Below are positions 1-11,195 of a stretch of DNA of 64,000 bases, in pieces. Position 1 is the first letter of the stretch. Each line of letters opens with the position of its first letter. The notes beneath the pieces were generated by a model. The model was not told the origin of the DNA, searched no databases, and saw nothing but the letters and a program-made list of their open reading frames with translations. The translations under genes were made by a program, and so were the position numbers. Origin of the DNA: Camelus ferus (lineage: Eukaryota); NCBI RefSeq assembly GCF_009834535.1, contig NC_045697.1, positions 25,360,001 to 25,424,000 of the forward strand, given 5' to 3'.

Positions 1-84
1 AGAGCACTTAAATTGTTTAGCATGGTTATTTGTTTAGTGTTTGATCCACCCACCAAAGTGAAGTCAGTGTTTGTGATGTGAAAT

Positions 85-235
85 TCTCAGTACTAAGCAT
101 TTTATATTTGTTAACTAACTCATTTAATCCCATGAAGTGGTAATTTCAACAGATGAGGAAACAGAGGAAAGAAGCTACTAGCCCACGGTCATGGAACTAA
201 GTGGTGGACTTGGGTTGGCTTTTCCAGAGCCAACA
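85..235 (-). mobile_element. MIR SINE fragment
   Basis: ctcatttaatccc...acagatgaggaaacagagg...gcccacggtca...tccagagcc matches the reverse complement of the MIR core; highly diverged, ends approximate. Confidence 0.75.
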
Positions 236-834
236 ATGTTAGTCTACAGGCTACACAGGCTCTGATCTTGAATAGTTAGCTTCAAGGGACAAGGCCCCCC
301 TATTCTTGCCTGCGCTATATCCTAGTGTATAGCACAGCGTGTACATTTAAAATGCAATCAAACAGCTGTTAAATGAGTTAATTAATAGTATTTTCACACT
401 TTACTAGGATAAAGACAACCATTATTAAACATTGTGAGCTCCTAGGGAAAATCATGTGGGGCAGTCTAGAAAAGTAGTTAAGACCAGGGGTCATATCAGT
501 CACCAGTCATGTGATCTTATGTGGCTTGCCTAACTATGTCTAATGTCTCATATGTAATATTGATATGAGGATATAAATAGAATTTACATCATAGAATTGT
601 AGAGAGAATAATAACATGCAGTGTCTGGTACAGAATTTGTTCCCAGTTAATGTTAAATATCTGTTAATACCATAAAAGTTCATGGTTTGTTGCGGTAAAA
701 GGATTCAATAAAATATTTACATATATAAGACTTAGATCTGTCTTTAAGTCATGGGAAAAGGCAAAGTGTCTTTCAGTATTACAGCAAAGTGAAATTTCCT
801 TCCAGAGAATTCATTTGTGGGTATTCAGTGCAAT

Positions 835-960
835 CTTTTATCCATTAGATCTACAGATATTTATTGAGCACTAGTTACAATTATAGGCATTTTGATTGTT
901 ACTGAGATACCGGAGAGAGAAAAACATTTTTCATGGATCATACAGTCTAATGAGAAGAAA
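835..960 (-). mobile_element. L2 LINE 3'-end fragment
   Basis: atatttattgagcact...tcatggatcatacagtctaatgag resembles the reverse-complemented L2 3' terminus. Confidence 0.6.
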
Positions 961-3459
961 GGTGAATACTCATTACAAAGTCAGACATAGGACATAAGAC
1001 ATACAGAGCAGTGTGGAAGCAGTAAATGATGTTTTAGATGACTAAAAATATACTGAAACAATAGCATACATCTATTGGTTTCTAGAATGTAACAGAAAAA
1101 AAAGAGGAAGAACAATTCAAAATAAAGATTTAGATGAAGGGCCTGATCATTGGGCTCTTGTCATTCATGTGAGCATTCTTGACAGTTATTTCAAATCCTC
1201 AGACACTGCTTAACCATGCTAAGTCAGGGAGGAAACTGTGATAAACTGCAAAACATCATACTTGACCTGGATCCCATCTTAATGTTAGGTTCATCCCATT
1301 AACAGAGAAAAACCAAATAAGCTCTAACTTTATAAACTGAAAATGAAGTATAGCCACGTTTCTGTAACTTGTCCATTGTCTTTTACTTAAAAGGTATAAT
1401 TTGAATATAATATGTTTTCAAACAACTGTATAAGTAGGTCTACATGCCTGCACTATTTTCTACACCTTCCGAATCTGTTATGTTACGTGCACCAGTAAAT
1501 GGACCTCAGCCACTTCCTATTTTGCAAGTGCTCAGCATTTCAGTCTCCAGTTCCCCAAGCAACGTCGCCAATCCAAATTCTCATGGCTGCATTATGGATC
1601 AAGCTTCCTTGTATTTTGACTTCTTAATTCAGTGTCCATTGTTCAGTGGTATATTCTTCCTCATGATTTCTCCCACTGCAAGCCCAGTTGTTTCCTGGAT
1701 TTGTTACACAGAGCAGTTTTGCTCTGCTCCAGTATCTCCTTTAAAAACTTGCATATCTGTAGCCATCACTCCACTCAGCAAAGAAAGAGCCCCCTTGTTT
1801 CTCGAACTGACCCCTTAGAAACTAGTGCAAGTTATGTCACAATTATAAATACACACACACAGACTCACAGACAACACAGATCTGACTTGATTGTTAGCCA
1901 AAACAGATGGATTATATATAATTATCAAATATTATCTGTTTTCTTGTTAATAGAATGATCTTTATTTTTTCCTTATAATTATTTGAAATATTACATTTAC
2001 ATTAGCTTTATATTTTAACTTGGAAACAGTTATAATTTTTTATAACTCTTGGAACACCTTAACATAAATATTTGTGAGAAGAGATTTGTTTAAGCTTCTG
2101 TACCACAAGTGCTCAAGAGTAGCTGCAGGAATTGCACACAGACAACTAGATAGATACTACTCTGGAAGAGCCCTTGGCGACAATGGACTAATTAGTCTAA
2201 TTACGCTCTTCTAAATAGTTTGTTTTGGACCTATCTTATGGATACAGATTCTTGTTAAAGCATTTCAAAGAAGGCTTGTTTTCTTCAAGTTTCATGAAGT
2301 GTTTCATTACGTTAATAAGAACCTTAGAGTATTAAAAAAAAAAAAAGTGCAGCTTTCATCTGAGTCATGAAAAGGAATACATAGCATTACCTATAAAGCA
2401 GATGGCCCGTTAACCTAAACAACGATCATTCCAGGTACCCAGAGACAATTGTCTTTACAATTATTTCAGAAACATCAAATTTTGAAATTTACTCAATTTA
2501 CAGTAAAAGCAAAAATGAGATACACGTTTCCCCGAGGAAGCCCAGAGCTTGTGAACATTTTTATTTTTATCATTAACTGTAATACAGAGAGCATACAAAA
2601 CAGCAGTAAACAATTGTGAGCGATCTTTTTTCTTTGGAAAATAAAAATGCTCATATTGCTTTTGTCATTAAGCAGACAAAAAACCAGAAACCTTGATTAA
2701 GCCCTTCTGTCCTCAGCTAATGTCACATTATTTCCTTGAACTCTAAGCTTTGTAATGGTGTATCGTACTGAAACTTTCTTTTTTATTAATCTTCCCATTC
2801 ACCCCTGAATTTACTACTACTGATTTTTTTTTTTAAATTCTAGTGGTTATTGTCAAATTCAGTAGATAGTTTTGCTCTTTGTGTTATTGATGTCTTTCTG
2901 AAAATTTTAGTGTTAATTCATTTCTTTTTCCTTGAAACACTCCCTTATGGTACAACTTTCTTCTGGTCATTTTCTTCTATCTCTAGCTTCTCTTTTTCAT
3001 TATACTCCTTATTTTACTTTTTTCCCATAACTTTTTAGTAATTCCATAAAAATCAGTCCTTGGTCAACTGTTCTTATTCTACAGTCTCCCAAAGGAAATG
3101 ACTCAACTGCCACTCATATTAATCCCCAGGTCCTCTGGGGATACAGACTTTTACATTCAGTGCAACAGCAGCCACACCCTAATTTAGACAACTTCAGCCA
3201 TTTCTCTAAGTATATACCCACCACTGTAGTCACTCCAGTCCATTCTCCATCAAACCATAAGAGAATTGTTTTGTAAATTGCAAATCAATTGTTCAAAATT
3301 CTTTTAATTTCATACTTTTCAGGAAAGATTGCAAACTCCTTACTTTTGTGCATATGAAATACAGCCCCCTTTTCACCAATTCTATATAATTTTTTTTTAT
3401 CATAAGCTGTTTAAGTAAATCACATGAAGTTTTCCACTGATTGTAAAACACTGCTCTCT

Positions 3460-3760
3460 TCAGCTTGAATTGAGGAGCAACTGTTTGCCAAGCACCTTCC
3501 GTAGGCACTGGACCTACAAAGAGAAATAAGACATAAATTCTTCTGCTTGGGAGCTCTCAGTCTACTTGAGTGACGATGCCAAACAAGATAATTACAATAA
3601 AGAGTTTTAAGTGTTATAATAATGGAGAGATGTACATATTATTTAAGAGGAGAAAGACAGGTGTGGCTTCCAAGAAGAGAAAATACATATATTGAGTCTT
3701 AAAGAATGCAAAAAGTTTAGGTGAAAAACAAGATAAAAATGAGATACTTAAGGATAGGCA
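3460..3760 (-). mobile_element. L2 fragment
   Basis: aagcaccttccgtaggcactg...gagctctcagtcta...ataattacaataa...attgagtcttaaagaatg; typical antisense L2 3' region. Confidence 0.6.
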
Positions 3761-3829
3761 TCATTTAAAAAAAATTTTATCTAGCTAGCTAGCTAGCTGT
3801 GTATGTCAATCAAACTTTTATCTGTAACC

Positions 3830-4445
3830 TGGTACTTTCTCTGGGCTATGACTTTTGTTTTAGCTCTCAGTATCTCCACTTGATGTCTGATATCTACTAT
3901 TGTCGTCAATATTTAATATTGACTAATGTCTAGTATTAATCTCTAAAACCAATGGTCTCCAAATGTTCCTGTGTCTTCCTTACAACTTTCTACATTCACA
4001 CTGCCCACTTCTCAGAAAATGGGAGCTCCATTCTTCTAGTTGCGTAGGCCAAAAACTTTTAAATCACCTTGATTCCAATCTATTTGCTCTTTTCTCCATC
4101 TGGAAAATACTTTCCCCATCTCACTGTTTACTGCGTCATCTTCAGATTTTTCGCTCAAATGTCCTTGTTGTTTTTCTGAAACTTACCCTAATTATTTGAT
4201 TTTTAAACTGCAGACACTTTCCCAGCCATCTTTGTTTCCCATTCCTGCTGTATTTACTTCTGAAGTACTTACCATGTGTTATGTTATATATTTACCATTT
4301 GTTTGCTTATTAAACATCTTCTTCCACTGAAATGTACACCCTGTGAGAACAGGCACTTTCGTCTGCTTGGTTCACTGCAGTATAGCTAGTAATCAGGGAG
4401 TTACCAGCACATATTAGGTATTTATGAAATATTTGATAATTGAGG
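3830..4445 (+). mobile_element. L2 3' region
   Basis: tatctccacttgatgtct...taggccaaaaactttt...ccctgtgagaacaggcactttcgtctgcttggttcactgcagtat...cacatattaggtatttatgaaatatttg follows the L2 3' end. Confidence 0.7.
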
Positions 4446-4689
4446 CAGTAAATATGTGAATTCATTATCAGACCATATTGCTGTTTTGTAAATGGTAGGG
4501 CTATCTGAAAATATGAAGTTAAATGAACTGTACAGAAGTATTTTCCTACTGTGTTCTAAAATAACTAAATCAAACCTAAAATAGCTCCTCTGTTGATAGA
4601 AGGTCTTTTGGATCTTGTACTTTTTCATTGAAATAAATAATAAATGGTCTTTGTCACCATATACCTGTGCTTTTTAAAAATGTTTTAAA

Positions 4690-4870
4690 GAGGTACTCTG
4701 ATAAATATTTTTTATGTATTGTTACATTTAATTCTTGCAACCAGCCTATGAGATAAAGTAGATTAGTTGACTCAGTTAAGATTTGGAGAGCTTATGAATG
4801 TGGCTGACTTGGCAAAGGAAAAGTTTGAATCCAGGTAGTCTTACCCCAGAGCACATTTAAGCTACTCTCC
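4690..4870 (-). mobile_element. MIR fragment
   Basis: catttaattcttgcaaccagcctatgagata...tttgaatccaggtagtcttaccccagagc matches antisense MIR. Confidence 0.65.
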
Positions 4871-6719
4871 TCTATATAGCTTGATGAATGTAAAAGAACA
4901 GTGGTAATAAATAGAACTTAATTTGTCTCCATAAAATTAAATCACTTTGGATTCTTCCAAAGTCTCAATTCTGTAGAAAATATCTTGATAACCATATATT
5001 TTTTAAGCATAAGTCAACTTCTTATGGCATTAGGGAAAATGAAGACCAATGTTATATAGCCAAATCCTCTATATTTTATATACATATTTGCGCATATTTA
5101 GTAAAAATGTGTGTATGTAGTCATATTTCCTTTGCTTTCTTTGTTAACGTTGTATGAAGATTTGCTGTTTAACTATTAAAAGACACAATTTTTTAATCTA
5201 GGCAAACTATCTTCTTCATTCAGTTTTCCTCAGTAAATTATACCGGTTCTTTGCTACCACATCTCATGAGTTAAAAAAGCCTCTGGTCATGTTCAACGTC
5301 TAGTTTTTAGTTAAAAAGTTTTAATGGATTGAATTTAAAAATTACTCTAAAATATTCAACATCTCTTTCACCTTGTCTTTGTACTTCACCTTCAAAAAAC
5401 ACTTTGATAATCTCTGATGGTAAAGATCTGTGTAGATCTATTTATTTCTAACTGTTTCAAAGAGCTGAACTGGTAGTCTCCTCTGGCCCAGATTTAATTA
5501 AATACAGGTAGAATTTCTAATTTTCCATCAAGTTGATTTAGCAATATTATATTCCTCTAGAGCAGTTTGACTTTTTGTTGTTGTTGTTGTTTTTATTTGA
5601 CAGCTTGTGTCAAAATCGATTCTGATTCCAAACAGATGGAATTTTCCCCTTTATTTAGCATTCTTAACTACTCAAAGACCTACACTAGACAAGATGCAGC
5701 TAACTCTTCCTTCTGATGATTCTTGTCTTAGGCATTTCAAACCTCAGAGTTCCCTCCTGAGAAAATAATGCTCAGTCACTATAACTTCTAAGTAAATGGA
5801 TTTGTCTTCAGATGTGGTGGGATCTTTTTTTCTTCTTTGTGAACAGCAGATTATTCTCCTTTGTACTAAATTAATGTCTGAGGGAAATGAATATCAGAAG
5901 TTTGGCTCACACAATATTCCATTTCCTTGTCAGTGTCTACCAGGTCTTTTTGTCAGAAACAAAAAGGAATCACAAGCCACTTTGAATAAAATGTGCTATA
6001 TTAATCAAAAGGAAACACCAACACATTAATTTCGCTTCCATAGTGTTAAAAGTATAGCCATGACAAAATATGGACTTAAAACACTGCTTTATAACAGTGT
6101 CTTCAATAAGCCCAGTGCTTTGCCAAAATGTTACACACCTCATGTTCGTAATTATGCTGCCATACTTGCACTGAGTTACTCCAAATTCTTTTTCATTTGT
6201 AGCAATACAGACTTTTGAGTTACATCTACTGAGTTTTCCTATAGGAAAAAAAAAAACAACCAACTAAAATCTGCAGGCAGATGGTCAAGCCTATTTTGGA
6301 AGCCAGACTAAGAGTGTTGAATCTCCCAAGTTTTCTGACTTTTTTTCCCTGCAGTATGTAGTGGTATACAACACATGTTCTGGTGGGAGGACAGGTTTGT
6401 CATCCCCTTGTGGACTAGCTCTATGTATGGACAAGTAGTGGCGGAGAGAGAATTTTCTTTTCACCTCACTAGCTTTCACTGTTAGTTCAGTTTAAGGCAT
6501 CTTTTGAAGGTTTTAATCCATTGAAAAAAGGGGTTGTCTTTTCAAGGTAGGTAAGGTTTGAGTAATCCTTGCGGCGACCAGTACAGCAAGCTATGAACAA
6601 AATGCCCTCAATTCATGGATTTAACATAAATTCTGAATGTAGTTAATGAATAATTTCTCACTTGAATGGAAATGGGAAAACTGTCTGAATTGGCTCATCT
6701 TCTTTTAACTCTTTATCAA

Positions 6720-7110
6720 TTAGCTTTTGAGACATATAACCACTTCAAAACTTAGTAGCTTAAAATAGTGCACATTCAGAGTACAATTCTGAGAGTCAGT
6801 AATTTGGGCTGGGCTTACCTGCGTGATGCAAATAGTCTCCACTTGGTTCTCTTTTTTGTGCAGTCAATCACCAGCCCTATTCATCTGGGATAGCCTCAAA
6901 GAATGACCACCCTCTACCCCCTGGATTTTCATCCAGCTGAGTGGTTTTGTTTATCTAATAATTCTGTTGTTGAGCAAAAAGAGTAAGCACCAAGATATAA
7001 ACACTCTTCAAGCTTTGGGTTACATCACATCTGCCAATGTCTCCTTGGCCAAAGAAAGTCCTATGGCCAAATCATAGGAAGAATAGAGCCATATGAGCAT
7101 TTCTATAATC
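6720..7110 (-). mobile_element. MLT1-type (ERVL-MaLR) LTR, degenerate
   Basis: aaccacttcaaaacttagtagcttaaaa...gtcagtaatttgggctgggctt and catcacatctgccaatgtctccttggccaaagaaagtcctatggccaa are MLT1 hallmarks; subfamily not assigned. Confidence 0.7.
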
Positions 7111-7129
7111 TGTCAGTGACTCCCTGCCT

Positions 7130-7388
7130 TTATCAGTGCACTATAATCAGCTAAGCTGTCTATGACTTATAACCTTGCTCTTCTCCACAAGAAACTTGTA
7201 TCAATTCCTTCAAAGATAATCCTATGACTAACTCTAGTCCTCCAAATACTGTAAGTATCCTTTCTAACAACCTTTGTGGTTGTTGTTACGCCCTATGGTT
7301 ATCCTGAGGTGCATTTTCTCTTGTTGCTAAAATTTAATTGGTTGGACTAATGATATATTCCTGTTGTCTTTGATCAGTGAGCTTTATT
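7130..7388 (+). mobile_element. Old ERV1-type LTR 3' part (MER110/MER89-like, tentative)
   Basis: The ending ggactaatgatatattcctgttgtctttgatcagtgagcttta resembles the recalled 3' end of MER110-group LTRs. Confidence 0.35.
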
Positions 7389-7793
7389 AGCATATGTTGA
7401 GCCTCTGTCAAGTGTTAGACAATGTGCCGGATGATAGCATGCAAACATACGTAAGGAATGGTCTCCATCCTTGAGGATTTGATAGTCTACTTGGCAAGAC
7501 TGTCCTAAAATTTAAATTATGAATACTATAACATGGGTGAAATGCTTTTGTGGTCCAAGAATGTGTGTTTTACAGGAGTTATTATTCAACCCTTAGCCAG
7601 TGAATTCTTAATGAGGATTTGACCCCTTCCTTATGAAGAAAAGAATCCAAAAAAGACATGGAATCAAGGAGCACTTTTACTTAAAAAAATATATATATAT
7701 TGTCTACTGCCTCCTCCTGGTAGTATAATTTTACCAAAGAATCCACAGCAGAAGTTTTCCAGTTTTAGTGGATCCTCTCCCAAAAGAATTACT

Positions 7794-7963
7794 TTTTGCT
7801 TGTTTATTTCAGTTCTTCTATTTCTTTTATTTTTAAGTCTCTTTTTGGGGTGGAATAATTAGGTTTGTTTATTTATTTATTTTTAGAGGAGGTATTAGGG
7901 ACTGAACCCAAGGCCTCATGCATGTTAAGCATGCACTCTACCACTTGAGCTGTACCCTCCTCT
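7794..7963 (-). mobile_element. tRNA-Ala-derived camelid SINE (vic-1 type) with TSD
   Basis: Minus strand reads GGAGGGTACAGCTCAAGTGGTAGAGTGCATGCTTAACATGCATGAGGCCTTGGGTTCAGTCCCTAATACCTCCTCTAAAAATAAATAAATAAAC...CCTAATTA, with Pol III A-box and B-box-like motifs and an A-rich tail. Flanked by ccaaaagaattact (7780-7793) and ccaaaagcattact (7964-7977), a 14-bp TSD with 1 mismatch. Confidence 0.9.
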
Positions 7964-10573
7964 CCAAAAGCATTACTAGACCCATATAATTCAATTTACA
8001 GTCTCTTAATGCAGTAAATGGTAGCTAAAAGAATACAATTTCATATTCCAAGACTGAACATTTCCACTGTTTTATATCAAGAGATGACATTTTAAAACAT
8101 AGTAGATAACTTAATGTTTTAAATTTCATATTTATTTGCAGAATGTCTATTTTCTTGTGTAATTTCTCTAAAGTTAGTATTTGGGGATATTGGATAATAC
8201 TAAATGAAGATGCCACTAGAAAATAAACACACATTAAATTCTGTTCTCCATCACTACCTCTTTATGTACCTCTTTCTATAAAAATATCTTGTCTTCATTC
8301 ATCTTATCATTCTTTTCAAGGCCCCAGAAGAAGAGACATTGCTCTTTCCTAAAACTGCCTTCCTTTTCTATTTCTCCTTTCTTCTCTCTGGACTGTCTTG
8401 GGTCATAGTCTATCAATTAGCCCCTTTTATTTATTTGTATTTTCAGTTTTTCCCTGCCTATGGGCCCTTTTCCCTTCTGGATACACTCCCCCCCAAAACA
8501 AAACAAAACAGACATTTTTAGATGTTGATGGCTTTGAGAAATCTTCCCTTGACTCCATTTCAAACTGTTGTTCTGTATTTCTTCTTCCTGTGTTTGATAA
8601 ACGCAATTCTAGTAAGAATAAGCTTCACAGAAATCCTTCTTTCTTTATCTTTATCTTTATATTTACTACTTAAAAATTTAATGCCCTTACTTCATTAAAA
8701 ATGGCTCTCTTTGAGACACAAAGTCTTGTTCATTTGGCCCCAGTCCTCAGAAATCACATACTATTCTGCAGGCTTCGGTGTTCTCCTTGCTGAGAGAAGG
8801 AGAAAGCGGTGGCTGTGGATGGTGGTAAGAGAGAGATTTAGTTTATCCTAGTCTTTAGTAGGGGAGATCTTTTATCTTCTCAGGTGATTCTAAGAGTATT
8901 CTCCTTCATATGAGTGTAGGTGACTTTAAAGGACATTCCACACTCACTTGATTCTTAACTTGTTTACTTTGAATCATTTTTGTGTGCATTTTCTCAAATT
9001 ACTATCTTATATTAAGGAAGGGTTCATAATTTACACTGCTTTGTTTTTCTAGTCCTTAGCAGAGGGTCCTAAACTTTTAAGATGCTAAGTATTTGGGGAG
9101 GCTACTGATAAGTCAATGATCTCAACACCCTAGTGTGTAGAAGGTATTTATAGGACACTATGAAGTGGGAGACAGGCATAGAGATGGGAAGATGGAGTTT
9201 GTTAATTTTAATACTGTAGTATTTTCTTACTGTATCTATTTAGCTTTGTTCTAGAGAGAGAAAAGCAGCAAATATATTTTAGTTTATTCCTTCCGTTTTT
9301 TTTATTTCCTGCTAAATAACTGAGCTATGTGTGAACTAGAAGGATGCTGCATCTATCAAGTTCTTGCAGAAGCAAATCAGAGACACAGGAGGGAAAGAGA
9401 GGGGTTTGAGGACGTACTCCCTTTCCTTGAGTTCCTCAGTTATTTCCAAGCAGCCGAGAGTGCTTACCCTTCCTGTTGTTTTCAGTTCTGACATAGTCAA
9501 AGTCGATGCAATCTGAATAGAAATGGATGTCTTTAATGGAAGAATCAGGTTATAACAGAAATTAACCAAGGTTGTATTCTAAGTAAAATATTTTAATACC
9601 CTTGGATCCATTTTCTACAACATGTTCTTAAGCCCTTGGAAAGATTCAGCTGACAATCCAATTTCTGTTTCAAAACAGGCACAACAAAATTGTAGTGGAG
9701 AAAATCTGTGACTTGCCTAGATTGGTTCTTTAAAATCCAAATAAGCATGAAAGAAGACACATGAGTGCATGTGAAGAATATAATTTGTATTGGAATAATA
9801 ATAATATAGATTTCATGCAAAGGTAATACCTGATAATATCTCTTGATTAAAAAGACATGTTTCATATCATTAAAATACTTTACATTCAGATACTATTTGA
9901 AATTAATCAGAAAAAAATGCAAAGTAAATATAAATAGGTTAATTTGTTAAATGTTGGAAATATGTACTGTAATAGAGTTAAAGTAGTAGGTGTGTTCAAA
10001 AAAATACAGCCCGTTCAGCATAAAGTGTGAATCTATGCACGTGTGGCAGAATTGCTAGTGGGTAAATCTGACCTGTTACTAGAAATAGCTGGTTTGAAAG
10101 CTAATACCAGAGCTTGGTAATGCTCTTTCCTCAAAGCATAATGCAGATTTATCATGCTTTTCCTCTGGGGTAGATGAAGTGCTGACGTAACGATTCTTTG
10201 TGAAAATCAGTGTGTTTAAATCCAAAAGGACAAACTACTTCAGAAACACTTTGCCTCTTTAAAAGCAATTTTCAGAGCTGTTGTTACCTAAGAACTTTGT
10301 CCAAACTATTTCCTCCTTTAAGAAAGCACTATAAATAAATCTGTCCTGTGACCTTCAGTTCTCGGCCCCTCCAGCATGTATAGCTTGTTATTAAAAGAGA
10401 AAAATAACTCCCTTCTTACTTAAGGTTGTATATATGTATACTATATCTACCTTATTATACTTTCTAATCAGTTGTCTAAAGTTGCTTTGCATATGACCTC
10501 TTTTTGGAAAACAGAGAAAAGAAACCATTTGTCTCTGTGTTCCTTGGAGAAAGTGAGATGATTTCAAAACTTT

Positions 10574-10640
10574 ACACGCACACACGCATATATGTGTGCT
10601 TGTGGACACGCACGTGTGCGCACGCACAAACACACGCACA
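10574..10640. repeat. Degenerate (CA/CG/TG)n alternating purine-pyrimidine tract
   Basis: acacgcacacacgcatatatgtgtgc...acacgcacgtgtgcgcacgcaca seen directly. Confidence 0.85.
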
Positions 10641-10959
10641 GTACTTTTACAGTAATTCACTCTGACATCGTCCCATGTGAGGCCAGCATTCCATTTCTCA
10701 ACCATGAAGCAACTGACTTTGACTTTTTCCCTTGTCTTTACCAGCAGTTTAATTACTATCTTGAATTCTGTAAACCCAGCATTATATATTCTAGTCAAAA
10801 TCCTGTCCAGTAGTTATTTTTGTACAGATACATTATGAGGGATATTCCTGGGTAGAAACATTTGCTATGGTAGCTACAGTTTGGTATTCTTTGACCCTGG
10901 CATTCATAAGCCGCCTTTCTCCCTTACGTATCTCCTAAAAAGGCAATGTTGCCTGGTTT

Positions 10960-11195
10960 TGCAGAGCTGAAGATCTGGAGCCTGGCTGGCTGCACCACAG
11001 CACAATTCTGACACTTACTTATCTGTGAGAATGTGGGCAACCTGTTCTATAGTCCTGGGCCTCAATTTTTCTGTCTCTTAAGTTAGGATAATAATTGCAT
11101 TTTCCCTGTAGAGTTTTTACTATAACTAAATGAGTTAATAGAGGTGAAACACTTAAATGGCTCCTGGAACATTAAAAAATGCTGTATATGTGTAT
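10960..11195 (+). mobile_element. MIR SINE, near full length
   Basis: tctggagcctggctgg...acttacttatctgtgaga...gggcctcaatttttctgtct...ggataataat...taaatgagttaata...cacttaaa...cctggaaca is collinear with the MIR consensus. Confidence 0.8.

Noticed and set aside
3781..3798. (CTAG)n palindrome as a functional hairpin
   Set aside because: Ordinary short microsatellite between L2 fragments.
7885..7963. tRNA-Ala gene
   Set aside because: The tRNA-like head is followed by the SINE tail and bracketed by a TSD, so it is a SINE.
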